Source: Basidiobolus meristosporus CBS 931.73 (taxonomy: Eukaryota > Fungi > Basidiobolomycota). Taken from it: DNA of 64,000 bases. The notes under the pieces are model-generated. The model did no database searches, had not been told where the DNA came from, and saw only the letters and a list, made by a program, of their open reading frames with translations. How positions within the stretch are numbered: position 1 is the stretch's first letter; every line of letters begins with the position of its first letter. Positions 14,335-25,429 of the stretch are shown piece after piece. Made by a program: the position numbers and the translations under genes. Where the stretch lies: positions 1 through 64,000 of the forward strand of contig MCFE01000258.1 in assembly GCA_002104905.1 (NCBI GenBank), given 5' to 3'.

Positions 14335-14800
14335 CTTGTATGCTTAAATTAGATCAGTTTCTAGTCAAATCAATTGGTTATATATTCAGCCTATCAGTAT
14401 ATCAGTGCTTTCTATCAAATCAGTAGCATTAGTCGGCAGATAAATCAGCAGATCCTTATCAAACAGTAATAGATATATTAAGTAAGATCTGATTGGGTGA
14501 TGATGATGCAATCAAATGAGTCATCAGCCACAACCTGCATTAGGACATACAATTAGTCAGCAATTGATATGGCAAAAATGTATATAAGGAGCTGTTGGAA
14601 CCTCAGTAAAAGTCAGTTCATCTTGAGTGAATACAATAGACTTGTTCTGTTGGATAGTGCCACATAGTGCCAGCCTGTTTATGGTGCCAGATCAATCTGG
14701 CACTATAATTTCCACCATCATGCCAGTGGTTGGCTATAGTTACTGGTAACTTTACTCAATCTTACTTATGTTGCTCATAGTAGTGCTTTCCTTGCTTTAT

Positions 14801-15685
14801 TTACTCTTCATAATGCTCCAGACACATTTCTCTTAGTGGATGTCTTCTTGTATGAATATACTGTGCATTGATAAGTATCTTAACTATTTTACCTATATTG
14901 CTGTGTTCTCCTATATATGACTTTCCTCTGTGTTTACCTGCCAATATGCTGAATCTCTTCAGATATCCAAATATATGCTCTACCCTCACTCTGAAATGAT
15001 TAAATATCTCATTGTAGAGCTTCTGCTTCCTGCTAAGCACACCTTTCCTTGGCTTCCTATAAGCTGTAATACATCCTAATCTCTGACAATCCTCCCCTAT
15101 ATAAGCTAAGTCTGCCATACATTTCTCCCCTCTACTGAATTCTGGAAGATTCTGTACCCAAAGTGCTTTGTCATGCCTACTTCCAGCAAATGGCCCACTA
15201 AACCAGATAATGTTACCCTCAATGTCAGATAGTGATTGAGACTTCACACAGTGTGCCTTGTACTTGCAAGAATAAAACAGCTTCTGCCTTCTAGAAGGTC
15301 TGTTAATCCTGACTGGGAAGGTATCCAAAAAACTCCTTATATGAAACCTGCTGCTGAACACTGTGGGATATAGAAGTCTATTGGAGCTTCTAAACCTAAT
15401 ACTCCAAGCTTGCTCTAAGTCATTCATACCCTCTGCAAGGTGGTTCTCCATTGCTGTCAGCTGAGAATGCAAACTTCTAGGACTTTTGTTGCCATGGATG
15501 GTGGGATGAAACGTTGTAGGGCAGTAGTTCTTATAATAGCAGAGAAGCTTAACAAGGGATATCCTTGAGTAGACTGGGGTGGATGGACCACAGTACTTGG
15601 TATAGATCTCCTTTAGTGTGTCAGAAGGAAGTCCAGTAGTAGTCATGGGATTGATTAGGAAAGACCATTCAGATGAGTAAGTCAT
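14801..15685 (-). CDS. DDE_Tnp_4 (IS5/Harbinger-type) transposase, 294 aa, intact ORF
   Basis: FLDTFPVRINRP...YSCKYKAHCVK...GPFAGSRHD...MADLAYIG...RKPRKGVLS..QKLYN...RVRVEHIFGYLKRFSIL; the putative D-D-E triad is present. Confidence 0.88.
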   Translation of the reverse strand: MTYSSEWSFLINPMTTTGLPSDTLKEIYTKYCGPSTPVYSRISLVKLLCYYKNYCPTTFHPTIHGNKSPRSLHSQLTAMENHLAEGMNDLEQAWSIRFRSSNRLLYPTVFSSRFHIRSFLDTFPVRINRPSRRQKLFYSCKYKAHCVKSQSLSDIEGNIIWFSGPFAGSRHDKALWVQNLPEFSRGEKCMADLAYIGEDCQRLGCITAYRKPRKGVLSRKQKLYNEIFNHFRVRVEHIFGYLKRFSILAGKHRGKSYIGEHSNIGKIVKILINAQYIHTRRHPLREMCLEHYEE

Positions 15686-16129
15686 ATTAAAATTGGTGGA
15701 TGATTGTATGGAGGCGGTTTGACTTGATTCAGCGCAATCTGCATTATTTATCTGACTTTTAATACATTATGGTTAAATCTCCATCAATTGCCATGTATCC
15801 CATCATTATGTAGCAAAAATCATCCGCAAACAATGCCTTGGTACTTTTATTGATGCTTTAATCATAGGTCTATAATCAAATAGGAAATCTGCAATTGATG
15901 TGATCTGATCTGTGTCAACGTGACCTAAGATGCATCATGCATAATATATGGAAAATTCAACAATCACATTAGTTTTCATATATATTTCATATAAGACCAG
16001 GTTGATGCCAATTTACTGCTGTATAAGTATCCAAATCCATTGCTATGGTCCCCATACCAAGCCTCAACTCATCTCTAGTACAACCCAGACAAAACCCATC
16101 CCCCAGCTCACAAGCACGGTCCAGACCGG

Positions 16130-16933
16130 TGTGGTGGTGTAGAGGTACTCCTGGGAGAAGCTACACAACTCAAGGTGTGTGAGGTGTCTGATGGGTGCAA
16201 TAACCTCTGTGTCTAAACTGCTGGTGTCTTTGTCAATATGTCACTATGGTAAAAGCTCCTGCTTCTCTAGCTTCCTAGGTGCTCCAAGTGTCTCCAAAGG
16301 CCTCTGTGTGTCTTGTGCACTACCCTGAAAAGCTCCTTGATGGCAGGTCTGAGATGTACTGTTGAAGGCAGGTGCAGTGATCAACTGCTAATCAATAAGG
16401 TAGAAGTGTTACTGATAGAAGGGATGATTTATTGATGAGGGATTGCTTTCCCTTAAATACTTTTCCTGATTGCCAAGTGATTACTAATGACAAGGTTCTA
16501 GAAGATTCTAGGTATCAGTGGAATTCTTGATGACATCACTATGAGCTAAAAATATGCCAAGAATGTCCTGGAAGGTTCTAAAAGGCACAGCACTATCAAC
16601 CAATCAGGAATCAGTAGTCTGAAACCTGTGCAACATAGAAATACCATATATGGTATTGAAATGGTAGAGATGGTAACACAGACCTAGGTCATGTGTCATG
16701 GGTACTGACGCGGGTGCTTGCCTTATATAGATATATCTACTGATCACAAAGCTGAATAACATCTGGGATAACTAATGCTAATAGCTAATCAGGGTAAACA
16801 TCATATGAGGATAATACTGATAATATGGGCAAAAGAAGAATGGGATAATACTGATAAGATAAAATATGGATAAGTATATCATAATGACTATATGAATAAA
16901 CTTGTCTGTGGGAGGTATGTTTACCCTACCACA
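16130..16933 (-). repeat. Solo LTR, gypsy family C (804 bp)
   Basis: TG..CA; reverse complement of 18720-19523; TSD CCGG (16126-16129 / 16934-16937). Confidence 0.95.
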
Positions 16934-17259
16934 CCGGAAAAGTCAATGTTGGATCTGTTCAAGTTCTCACCAAATGATTTTAGCATGGCCCAAGTGTCTA
17001 TGATGAGCCTTCATACAGATATTTGAGCACTACTGATTAATCTAGCAGAACTAGATACCTCAGAGAGTCAACAAAGATGGAAGAATTTGAGTAGAATGCT
17101 GTGGCATGAGTTCTACATCAAGATGCCAGCCAATGTATGTAAGATGATATATAACAAGACAAGTATTGAAATCAAGAGTGAGCTGAGAGTGAGGGGATTT
17201 GACAAAGAAGCCATGTGGGAGCAATTTTGCTTGCAATTTGCATGGTATGGACCGGACGT

Positions 17260-18330
17260 TGTGGTGGTGTATAAGTCCTAGGGAGAGATACGTCCAACAC
17301 TTCTCAAGTGTTTTGTGTGTGGGGTGTTCACTGGGTGCGATAACCTCTGGCAAAAGCTTGCTAGGAATACTTGGGTTCTGTCTCTAATCTAATGTGAAGG
17401 GGAATAAAGCCACAAGCTTGTCAAGGGAAAACTATTGAGCTACAATCCCCAACTTAGTTGGCGTCTTAACAAAAGTATGTGCTGGGTTCAGCGTCCTTTG
17501 AGATGACAATGTACTAAAGCTTCCAAAGTCAAAACAACTGTAAACTCCGCCAGCAGGGACTTGATAAGAATGCAGCTTTGGTCAATAGTTACAAAGACAG
17601 AAAAGTATCTTTGCCTGTACAAGAACAAACTTGGGAAAGAATCAAATATAATAAAAGATACCTACTCTGAGTATTCCTCACAAGTAGTGCCTCCAAGGTC
17701 AGTTGGCTGTCAGCGCGGTTTCCTGGGAGTGTCCTGTGGTCTAGGGTTGGAAGTTCAGGTAGCAGCAGGTAGCAGTGATCACACTAATCAACAAGTTGGT
17801 ATATTGATAAAAGGGATGATGATTTATTGTTGAGGGATAGCCTCCCTTATATACTTTTCTCACTGGCTAAGTGATTACTAATCATGGTGTTCCAGAAGGT
17901 TCCAGATATCAATAGAAATCTTAATGACATCAGAATGACCTACAAATGCTCTAAGTAGGTGCCAGAAGGTTCTAAGAGGCACAGCACATCCAACCAATCA
18001 GGAATCAGTATTCTGAAACCTGTGTAACATGGGGATACCATATATGGTATGGAAATGGTAGGGATGGTGACACGGGTTGATCATGTGTCACGGGTACTGG
18101 CGCGGGTACTTGCCTAATATAGAAGCACTTGTAGCTAGTAATCTTACATAAAGTGAGGGGTAACTTATGCAATAAGGTAAGCAGGTGTGATAGTCAACCG
18201 GCTTATGGGATAGTACTGACTGGGTAAGACAAATGGGATAAAACTAAAATGAGTGTAGTAGGGATATAGGGAAGTAGAAAATAAGGGAATGAGCACATCT
18301 GTTAGTGGGTGTCACTGTCACCCCACTACA
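17260..18330 (-). repeat. Solo LTR, gypsy family D (1071 bp)
   Basis: TG..CA; matches 32978-34048 and 44432-45523; TSD ACGT (17256-17259 / 18331-18334). Orientation taken from the PBS-linked copy at 44432. Confidence 0.95.
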
Positions 18331-19527
18331 ACGTGTCCATTTGTGCCTCAACTTTGGGAACCAAAGAGATTTTGAATGAGTTTTTGCCTTAAATGACCAA
18401 TGTACTACGTGATATATTAGTAGAGCTAAGTGGCTTCTGAGAGCAATATACACAGGACTCATCTAGGCAACAGCTCCAAAGTATCAGACAGAGGGTAAGT
18501 GAATACCTTGAGGAATCAGATGGTGAGCTACAGGAGGAAGAATACAGACCGCAAGCAACATAGCCCAGATTGTGCCAGCACACCTTGCTGGATTCCCTAC
18601 CATCTCTTGCAACCACAGCGCGCCGGCACATGTCAGTCCAGACCACGCCAACACCCTTTACCAGAACGCCCCACATCAAGTCAATGTGCATTGAGTCAAC
18701 ACACGTCAGGTCAATGCGCTGTGGTAGGGTAAACATACCTCCCACAGACAAGTTTATTCATATAGTCATTATGATATACTTATCCATATTTTATCTTATC
18801 AGTATTATCCCATTCTTCTTTTGCCCATATTATCAGTATTATCCCCATATGATGTTTACCCTGATTAGTTATTAGCATTAGTTATCCCAGATGTTATTCA
18901 GCTTTGTGATCAGTAGATGTATCTATATAAGGCAAGTACCCGCGTCAGTACCCGTGACACATGACCTAGGTCTGTGTTACCATCTCTATCATTTCAATAC
19001 CATATATGGTATTTCTATGTTGCACAGGTTTCAGACTACTGATTCCTGATTGGTTGAGAGTGCTGTGCCTTTTAGAACCTTCCAGGACATTCTTGGCATA
19101 TTTTTAGCTTGTAGTGATGTCATCAAGAATTCCACTGATACCTAGAATCTTCTAGAACCTTGTCATTAGTAATCACTTGGCAATCAGGAAAAGTATTTAA
19201 GGGAAAGCAATCCCTCATCAATAAATCATCCCTTCTATCAGTAACACTTCTACCTTATTGATTAGCAGTTGATCACTGCACCTGCCTTCAACAGTACATC
19301 TAAGACCTGCCATCAAGGAGCTTTTCAGGGTAGTGCACAAGACACACAGAGGCCTTTGGAGACACTTGGAGCACCTAGGGAGCTAAAGAAGCAGGAGCTT
19401 TTACCATAGTGACATATTGACAAAGACACCAGCAGTTTAGACACAGAGGTTATTGCACCCATCAGACACCTCACACACCTTGAGTTGTGTAGCTTCTCCC
19501 AGGAGTACCTCTACACCACCACATATT

Positions 19528-19544
19528 TGGCACCCAACGTGGGG
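19528..19544 (+). promoter_or_regulatory. PBS, tRNA-Lys(CUU)-type
   Basis: 16/17 match to the retroviral Lys1,2 PBS TGGCGCCCAACGTGGGG; 4-nt spacer after the LTR; same motif at ~55317-55333 and ~44411-44427 on the minus strand. Confidence 0.75.
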
Positions 19545-19597
19545 GGTTTGACTGAACTGCCCCTAGAAGACTTAAGAAAGAACAAATTATCAAGACC

Positions 19598-21455
19598 ATG
19601 GATCTACCTTTACCAGGAATGCAAGGAACTCCTTTCTTTGATGGAACCAAAGTTAAAGCTTTCATCAAGAGGTGGGAGCTTTTCTGCAGAGCCCACAAAA
19701 TACCTGAGGCCATTATGGCTGAAGAGATGCCCCCCCTACAGCACTGATGAGATCATGCTCTATTTATATGAAAGAAATGATCTGCTGACAAATTGGACCC
19801 TCTTGAAGAGCTACTTGATTGATGAATATGGAGAGAGACAAGTTGACTACACACTTAAAGACTTGGAGAACTTTGCTTATAGCAAGTTTAAGCTGCTACC
19901 ATTGAAAGAATACTTGAGTGGCCTTGAGCAAACTGGAGAGTCACTGAAAGCCCAAGGCATTATCACTGATCTGACTTTATCTGCCTATCTGCTCAGAGCA
20001 CTACCAGAAGGCCTGGTTAGAAGGATTGAAAACAATCCTACTGTGAAAGCTATGAGTTCACTGCCTGCATTTCAGTTAGCTAAGCAGATTTTACTTGCCC
20101 CTGAAGAAACCTCACCAATCAGAAAGCTTCTCTCAAGCCCAGGACAAAACCAAGATAGCCAAGACATACTTAATCCCAGCAATCAAAGCACTCAAATTCA
20201 GGAGCTGACACAGCAACTAGAGAAACTCTCTTTGCTACTTGCCAGCAAAGCATATGGTCAGAAGCCAGTAGAGAAAGAAGTCAAATATACATGCATGTGG
20301 TGTGACTCTGCCAACCATTCCAAGAGAAATTGCCAAGAGCTTCAGTCATTACTATCCACAGGTGATGTCCTATATAGTCCTCAGGGATACATAGTCAGTA
20401 AGCATGGTGACAAATTATCCACAGCATTTGGACAAGGAGGAATGAGAGTTCACTACAGGCAAGTCACCTCTCATACAAGAAAGGTTCACCTTCATGGCGA
20501 AGAAGATCCTGGCTACTTTGATCCAGCTGAAGTTCTGAACTTTGACTATGAGGATCCCAGAGAGGCCCAAGATCATATAGCTTCAATTTATGCTTCAAAG
20601 AGACACCATGCTGAAAAAATGGCTAATCTAGGCCCAGCAACAAAAGTACCAAGATGTGAGCCAGAAGTTGTGATTGAGAAGAAAGCATCACCCCCATTAA
20701 TTCTACAAGAGTCTGCCAAGACCAACAACTACCACATGCAGCCTAAAGTCAAGCAAAATGGTACCCCAGAGGCTCTGACAAGTCATATACTAGGAAGCAA
20801 CATATCAATCAAGGTTGGAGAGCTACTCAGTGTATCACCATCTGTAAGAAAGACTCTGGATGAGCATATCAGAATAAGAAAGCATCCAATTGAAGCAACT
20901 CAAGGCAACCAGGTCAGGACAGTTCAAGGAAGCCAAGATATCAGTAAGCTGCATCAAAGCCAGAAACACTACTACTCAGTGGCAACTGCAACAACTACAG
21001 GAACTGTGCATAATCAAGAAATCCTATGTCATATAGACAGTGGATCTGAGATATGTGTGATGCCTTTGGAGGCTTGGAAACAACTACCATGCAAAGACCT
21101 ATTGCCCATAGACACCAATATCAATTGGAGCATGAAGGATGCCAACTCAGGGCAATCAAAGCTTTTAGGAATTATTCACAGCTTCCCTCTCATCATTGAA
21201 GGAATACCCCATGAGATCCCAGTATTCATTTGTGCAAAGGCTAACTTTGAATTACTTCTTGGAAGACCATGGGAAGTAAAAGCAAGAGCAACTGCAGTGA
21301 ACTACCCAGATGGTTCAGCATGGTATACTATATACTCAGAGAGCCCAGGACTAACAGCAACCTTCTGTGGTGTGGACTCAAACAATATCCGATCAATGAC
21401 ATCATGTAGATTTCTATCTCAAGAAAGGACAGGTGGCTTCATTGAGGAAGACTGA
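19598..21455 (+). CDS. Gag-aspartic protease fusion (~618 aa), with a +1 C in a C-run near 19730
   Basis: Starts MDLPLPGMQGTPFFDG as in the copy at 55263; zinc knuckle CMWCDSANHSKRNC; protease CHIDSGSEIC...LLLGRPW. The C-run is 7 nt here and 6 nt in the other copy. Confidence 0.85.
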
Positions 21456-23500
21456 GAGAGCACTTTGTTCTCCAAACTTACAGTGGTTAGCTAAAAAGTT
21501 CCCTGAAACTTTTTAGCTCAAGTGGGGGGTGGATGTGGTAGGGTAAACATACCTCCCACAGACAAGTTTATTCATATAGTCATTATGATATACTTATCCA
21601 TATTTTATCTTATCAGTATTATCCCATTCTTCTTTTGCCCATATTATCAGTATTATCCCCATATGATGTTTACCCTGATTAGTTATTAGCATTAGTTATC
21701 CCAGATGTTATTCAGCTTTGTGATCAGTAGATGTATCTATATAAGGCAAGTACCCGCGTCAGTACCCGTGACACATGACCTAGGTCTGTGTTACCATCTC
21801 TATCATTTCAATACCATATATGGTATTTCTATGTTGCACAGGTTTCAGACTACTGATTCCTGATTGGTTGAGAGTGCTGTGCCTTTTAGAACCTTCCAGG
21901 ACATTCTTGGCATATTTTTAGCTTGTAGTGATGTCATCAAGAATTCCACTGATACCTAGAATCTTCTAGAACCTTGTCATTAGTAATCACTTGGCAATCA
22001 GGAAAAGTATTTAAGGGAAAGCAATCCCTCATCAATAAATCATCCCTTCTATCAGTAACACTTCTACCTTATTGATTAGCAGTTGATCACTGCACCTGCC
22101 TTCAACAGTACATCTAAGACCTGCCATCAAGGAGCTTTTCAGGGTAGTGCACAAGACACACAGAGGCCTTTGGAGACACTTGGAGCACCTAGGGAGCTAA
22201 AGAAGCAGGAGCTTTTACCATAGTGACATATTGACAAAGACACCAGCAGTTTAGACACAGAGGTTATTGCACCCATCAGACACCTCACACACCTTGAGTT
22301 GTGTAGCTTCTCCCAGGAGTACCTCTACACCACCACAGCGCACGCTTCAGAGCAAAACTACGAGAACTTGCCAAACTGCTCATTTAGACATGAGTCCATT
22401 GGAGCAGACCAAGTTGCGTCAACATGCAGCATAACATTGAACTCAGCCAAGGGCCATCTCAACGCATCAAGGCACACCTGCGCGTGCCGTTTTGCCTGAC
22501 CATCAGCAAGTTACTTCTGGTGAACTGACTAATGATGACCAACATGAAGTGCCTCAACCACCTGAGCCCTTAGCAAGTAAAAGAACGCGTCAGCGCATGG
22601 CACTACAGGCCGGTTCAGTTGGTTCAGTTGGAGCAATTCAGCATGGCCAAGCTGCAGCATTGCACTCATCAACTAGGAGGCAAAATACTGACTACAAATA
22701 CACAAGTAGCTAAGATGATAGTCAGCCAGGAAGTAATATAGGTGTGCAAAGTGAGTCACTACCAAATGCTTCAGTAGTAATCCTTGTGAGAAAAAAACCC
22801 AGGAGAAGATGATGCAATTGCTTTGAATTGCTCAAATTTGTAATGATCCTGACAACCCATTTTTTTGAGATCCAAATTGAGCCATTGCAAATCAGTGATC
22901 ATCAAATTTTTGATACAAGTAATATTAAGGTTGTCTCACATTTGAGACAGAACCCCTATAAATAAACACCTTGCATATATATATGTTATCTGTAATACCA
23001 GTGCAGCTATTGGATCTGTTTTGCTCCTACACAATTGCTTGCATGCTAGCTATGACACCTTGTCCAATCACTAGGATCAGGGATTTACTTGCTCAATGGG
23101 CAAAATGGGATATTTGATGGTAAATCAGGTAGCTTTTTTAGTAGTCAATGAGCCAATTGGGGACTGCCAGCTCCAGGATACTTTTGGACCAATTAACCAC
23201 TGAGATACCGTCCAATTGGAGTGATGGTAACCAAAATGGCAAGTATCAGTGTAGTTTATAGTGTGATACACATTTACTTCCATTTACATTAAAGAAACAT
23301 ATTCAAATACTGGATTTTACCTGCCATAATAGTGGTATCCAATTGCGCACGTGATGCAAACATTACAAGTTGGCACGATCATCCGTGCCAACCTCATCAT
23401 GTCAGATTGTGCCATAGTGTGCAAGATTGTCCTGTATAGTGCGAAATTGCCCAAGAACAATCCTGCCTTCTGGTAGCTATAATATCGTGCCCTATATATG

Positions 23501-25310
23501 AGCTAATAGTGAGGGGATTTGATGACAAAGCCATGTGGGAACAATTTTGCGTGCAATTCACACAAGACTTGTTCCATTGTGCCATTGATCATAGTGCCAG
23601 AGAGTGCTGTATATTTTGTTATTAATTTGATATTTTAGGGTCATATGCATGTCAATTTTGATCCCAAATTGGCACTGTATTGCACCATCTGGCACTCTGT
23701 GGCATGATCAGGCACCATATGGCATGCTATGGCACTATTGGGCACTATGATCAGCTGGAATGATGGAACAAGTCTACAGTACGGGCTGGACATGTCCGTT
23801 TGTGCCTCAGCTTTGGGAACCAAAGAGATTTTGAATGAGTTTTTGCCTCAAATGACTAATGTATTATGTGAAATATTAGTAGAGCTAAGTGGCTTCCAAG
23901 AGTAATTTACACAGGACTCATCCAGGCAACAGTTGCAAAGTATTAGACAGAGTGTAAGTGAATACCTTGAGGAATCAGCAGGTGAGCTTCAAGAGGAGGA
24001 ACAGACCTTAAGCAACATTGTCTAGATTGTGCCAGCATGTCTTGCTGAATTCCTTACCATCCCTTGCAACTTCAGCGCACTGGTGCACGTCAGTCCAAAC
24101 TATGCCAACACCCTTCACAAGAGCGCCCCACATTGACTCAATGTGGATTGGGTCAACACTTGCGCTTCACAGCAAGACCACCAGAACCCACCAAACTGCT
24201 CAAAAAGACATAGGTCCATTGGAGCGGGCCAAGTTGCATCAGCAAGTGGCATCACATTGAACTCAGCCAAGGGCCATGCCAGTGCATCAAGTTGCATCTG
24301 CATGTGCCATTACACCTGACCATCAGCAAGTATCTTCTGGTGAAATGACAGATGATGACCCACATGAAGTGCCTCCACCACCAGAGCCTTTGACAAGTAA
24401 AATAATGCATCAGCATGTAGCACTGCAGGCTGGCTCAGTTGCATCATCCAGAGCAATTCAGCATGGCCAAGCTGCAGCATTGCACTCATCAACTAGGAGG
24501 CAAAATACAGACTACAAATATGCATGTAGCCAAGAGGATAATCAAGAAGAAGGTAGTTTAGGTATGCAAAGTGAATCACTACCAATTGCTTCAGTAGTAA
24601 TCCCTGTGAGAAAAAAGCCTAGGAGAAGATGATGCTATTGCATTGAATTGCTATTATTTGTAATGATCCAAACAACGCATTTTTTTTGCAATCCGCACCA
24701 AGCTGTTGCAAATCAGTGATCATTAGATTTTCAATATAAGCAATATTAAGGTTGTCTCACATTTGAGACAGGGCCCCCATAAATAAAGACCCTGCATATG
24801 TATACATCATCTGTGGCACCAGTGCAGCCATTTGTTCTGATTTGCACCCACACAATTGGTTGCATGCTAGCTATGACACCTTGTCCAATCACTAGGATCA
24901 GGGACCTACTTGCTTAATGGGCAAAATGAGATATTTGATGGTAAATTAGGTAGCTTGTGTATTGGTCAAAGAGCCAATTAGGGGCTGAAAGCTTCATGAT
25001 ACTTTTGGACCAATTAACCACTGAGATACTATCCAATTGGAGTGATGGTAATCAAAATGGTAAGTATCAGTGTAGTTTATAGTGTGATACACATTTATTT
25101 CCATTTACATTAAAGAAACATATCCAAATACCGGTTTTTACCTACCATAATAGCGGTATCCAATTGCGCACATGATGCAAACATTACAAGTGGGTGTGAT
25201 CATCTGTGCCAACTTCATTGTGTCAGATTGTGCCATAGTTTGCAAGATTGTCCCACATGGTGCAAAATTGTTCAAGAGCAATCATGCCTACTGGTAGCTA
25301 CTGTATTGAG
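23501..25310 (+). repeat. Diverged tandem duplicate of PHIS ORF2 (3' part) and its downstream region
   Basis: Colinear with 17180-17259 + 18331-18719 + 22338-23480; roughly 80-85% similar by eye. Confidence 0.85.
23565..23775 (+). mobile_element. 211-bp MITE of the PHIS family
   Basis: 13-bp TIR AGACTTGTTCCAT; TSD ACA (23562-23564 / 23776-23778); about 96% identical to 32351-32561 (inverted). Confidence 0.92.
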
Positions 25311-25429
25311 CCCAATTGTTCTTAAAGACTGCAGATCACACTGCACGCCCTGGCATGGTACAGTGGAACAAGTCTAATACTAGCTAAACTCCTTATTCCT
25401 CAGCAACTCTTATACCAAGACTTGTAACA

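Larger units (their letters stand above)
18720..22337 (+). mobile_element. Non-autonomous gypsy family C element encoding only Gag-protease (3618 bp), very young
   Basis: LTRs 18720-19523 and 21534-22337 identical by eye; TSD GCGC; PBS TGGCACCCAACGTGGGG 19528-19544; PPT 21520-21533; no RT/RH/IN in the 2010-bp interior. Confidence 0.95.
15948..22810 (+). pseudogene. Second, divergently oriented ORF of the PHIS element, split by three LTR insertions
   Basis: Pieces ~15948-16129, 16934-17259, 18331-18719 and 22338-22810. The first three rejoin in frame across the TSDs (…QQRWKNLSRMLWHEFYIKMPANVCKMIYNK…WYGPDVSICAST…) with stops explicable by C>T; frame into the last piece not fully traced, and the start position is uncertain. 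Confidence 0.6.
14638..25375. mobile_element. PHIS-superfamily (PIF/Harbinger/ISL2EU-like) DNA transposon carrying four nested insertions and an internal duplication
   Basis: 10-bp perfect TIR AGACTTGTTC/GAACAAGTCT; 3-bp TSD AAT (14635-14637 / 25376-25378); removal restores LTR B (tacaatactagc); GTGCCA subterminal repeats; DDE_Tnp_4 ORF inside. Confidence 0.9.
10114..25429 (+). mobile_element. Ty3/gypsy family B element, internally deleted; 3' LTR split by nested insertions
   Basis: 5' LTR 10114-10483, PBS TGGTAGCAGC 10485-10494 (tRNA-iMet type), PPT 13935-13946. The 3' LTR reassembles from 13947-13965 + 14339-14637 + 25379-25429 = 369 bp versus 370 bp for the 5' LTR. Confidence 0.9.

Noticed and set aside
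13962-14338. Including family B in the CpG-targeting claim
   Set aside because: Its one clean TSD (CTTG) has no central CG, and the other needs three inferred mutations.
17561-17833. ~90-aa ORF MIRMQLWSIV… recurring at 33427, 44733 and 47990
   Set aside because: It lies inside family D LTRs, antisense to the element, begins at TTG and is frameshifted in one copy. Recurrence is explained by LTR similarity.
19485-19735. N-terminal ~84 aa of the 656-aa ORF in the track
   Set aside because: It reads through LTR U5 and the PBS. The second copy shows the true start is MDLPLPG at 19598; the frame difference is one extra C in a homopolymer (a mutation or sequencing error).
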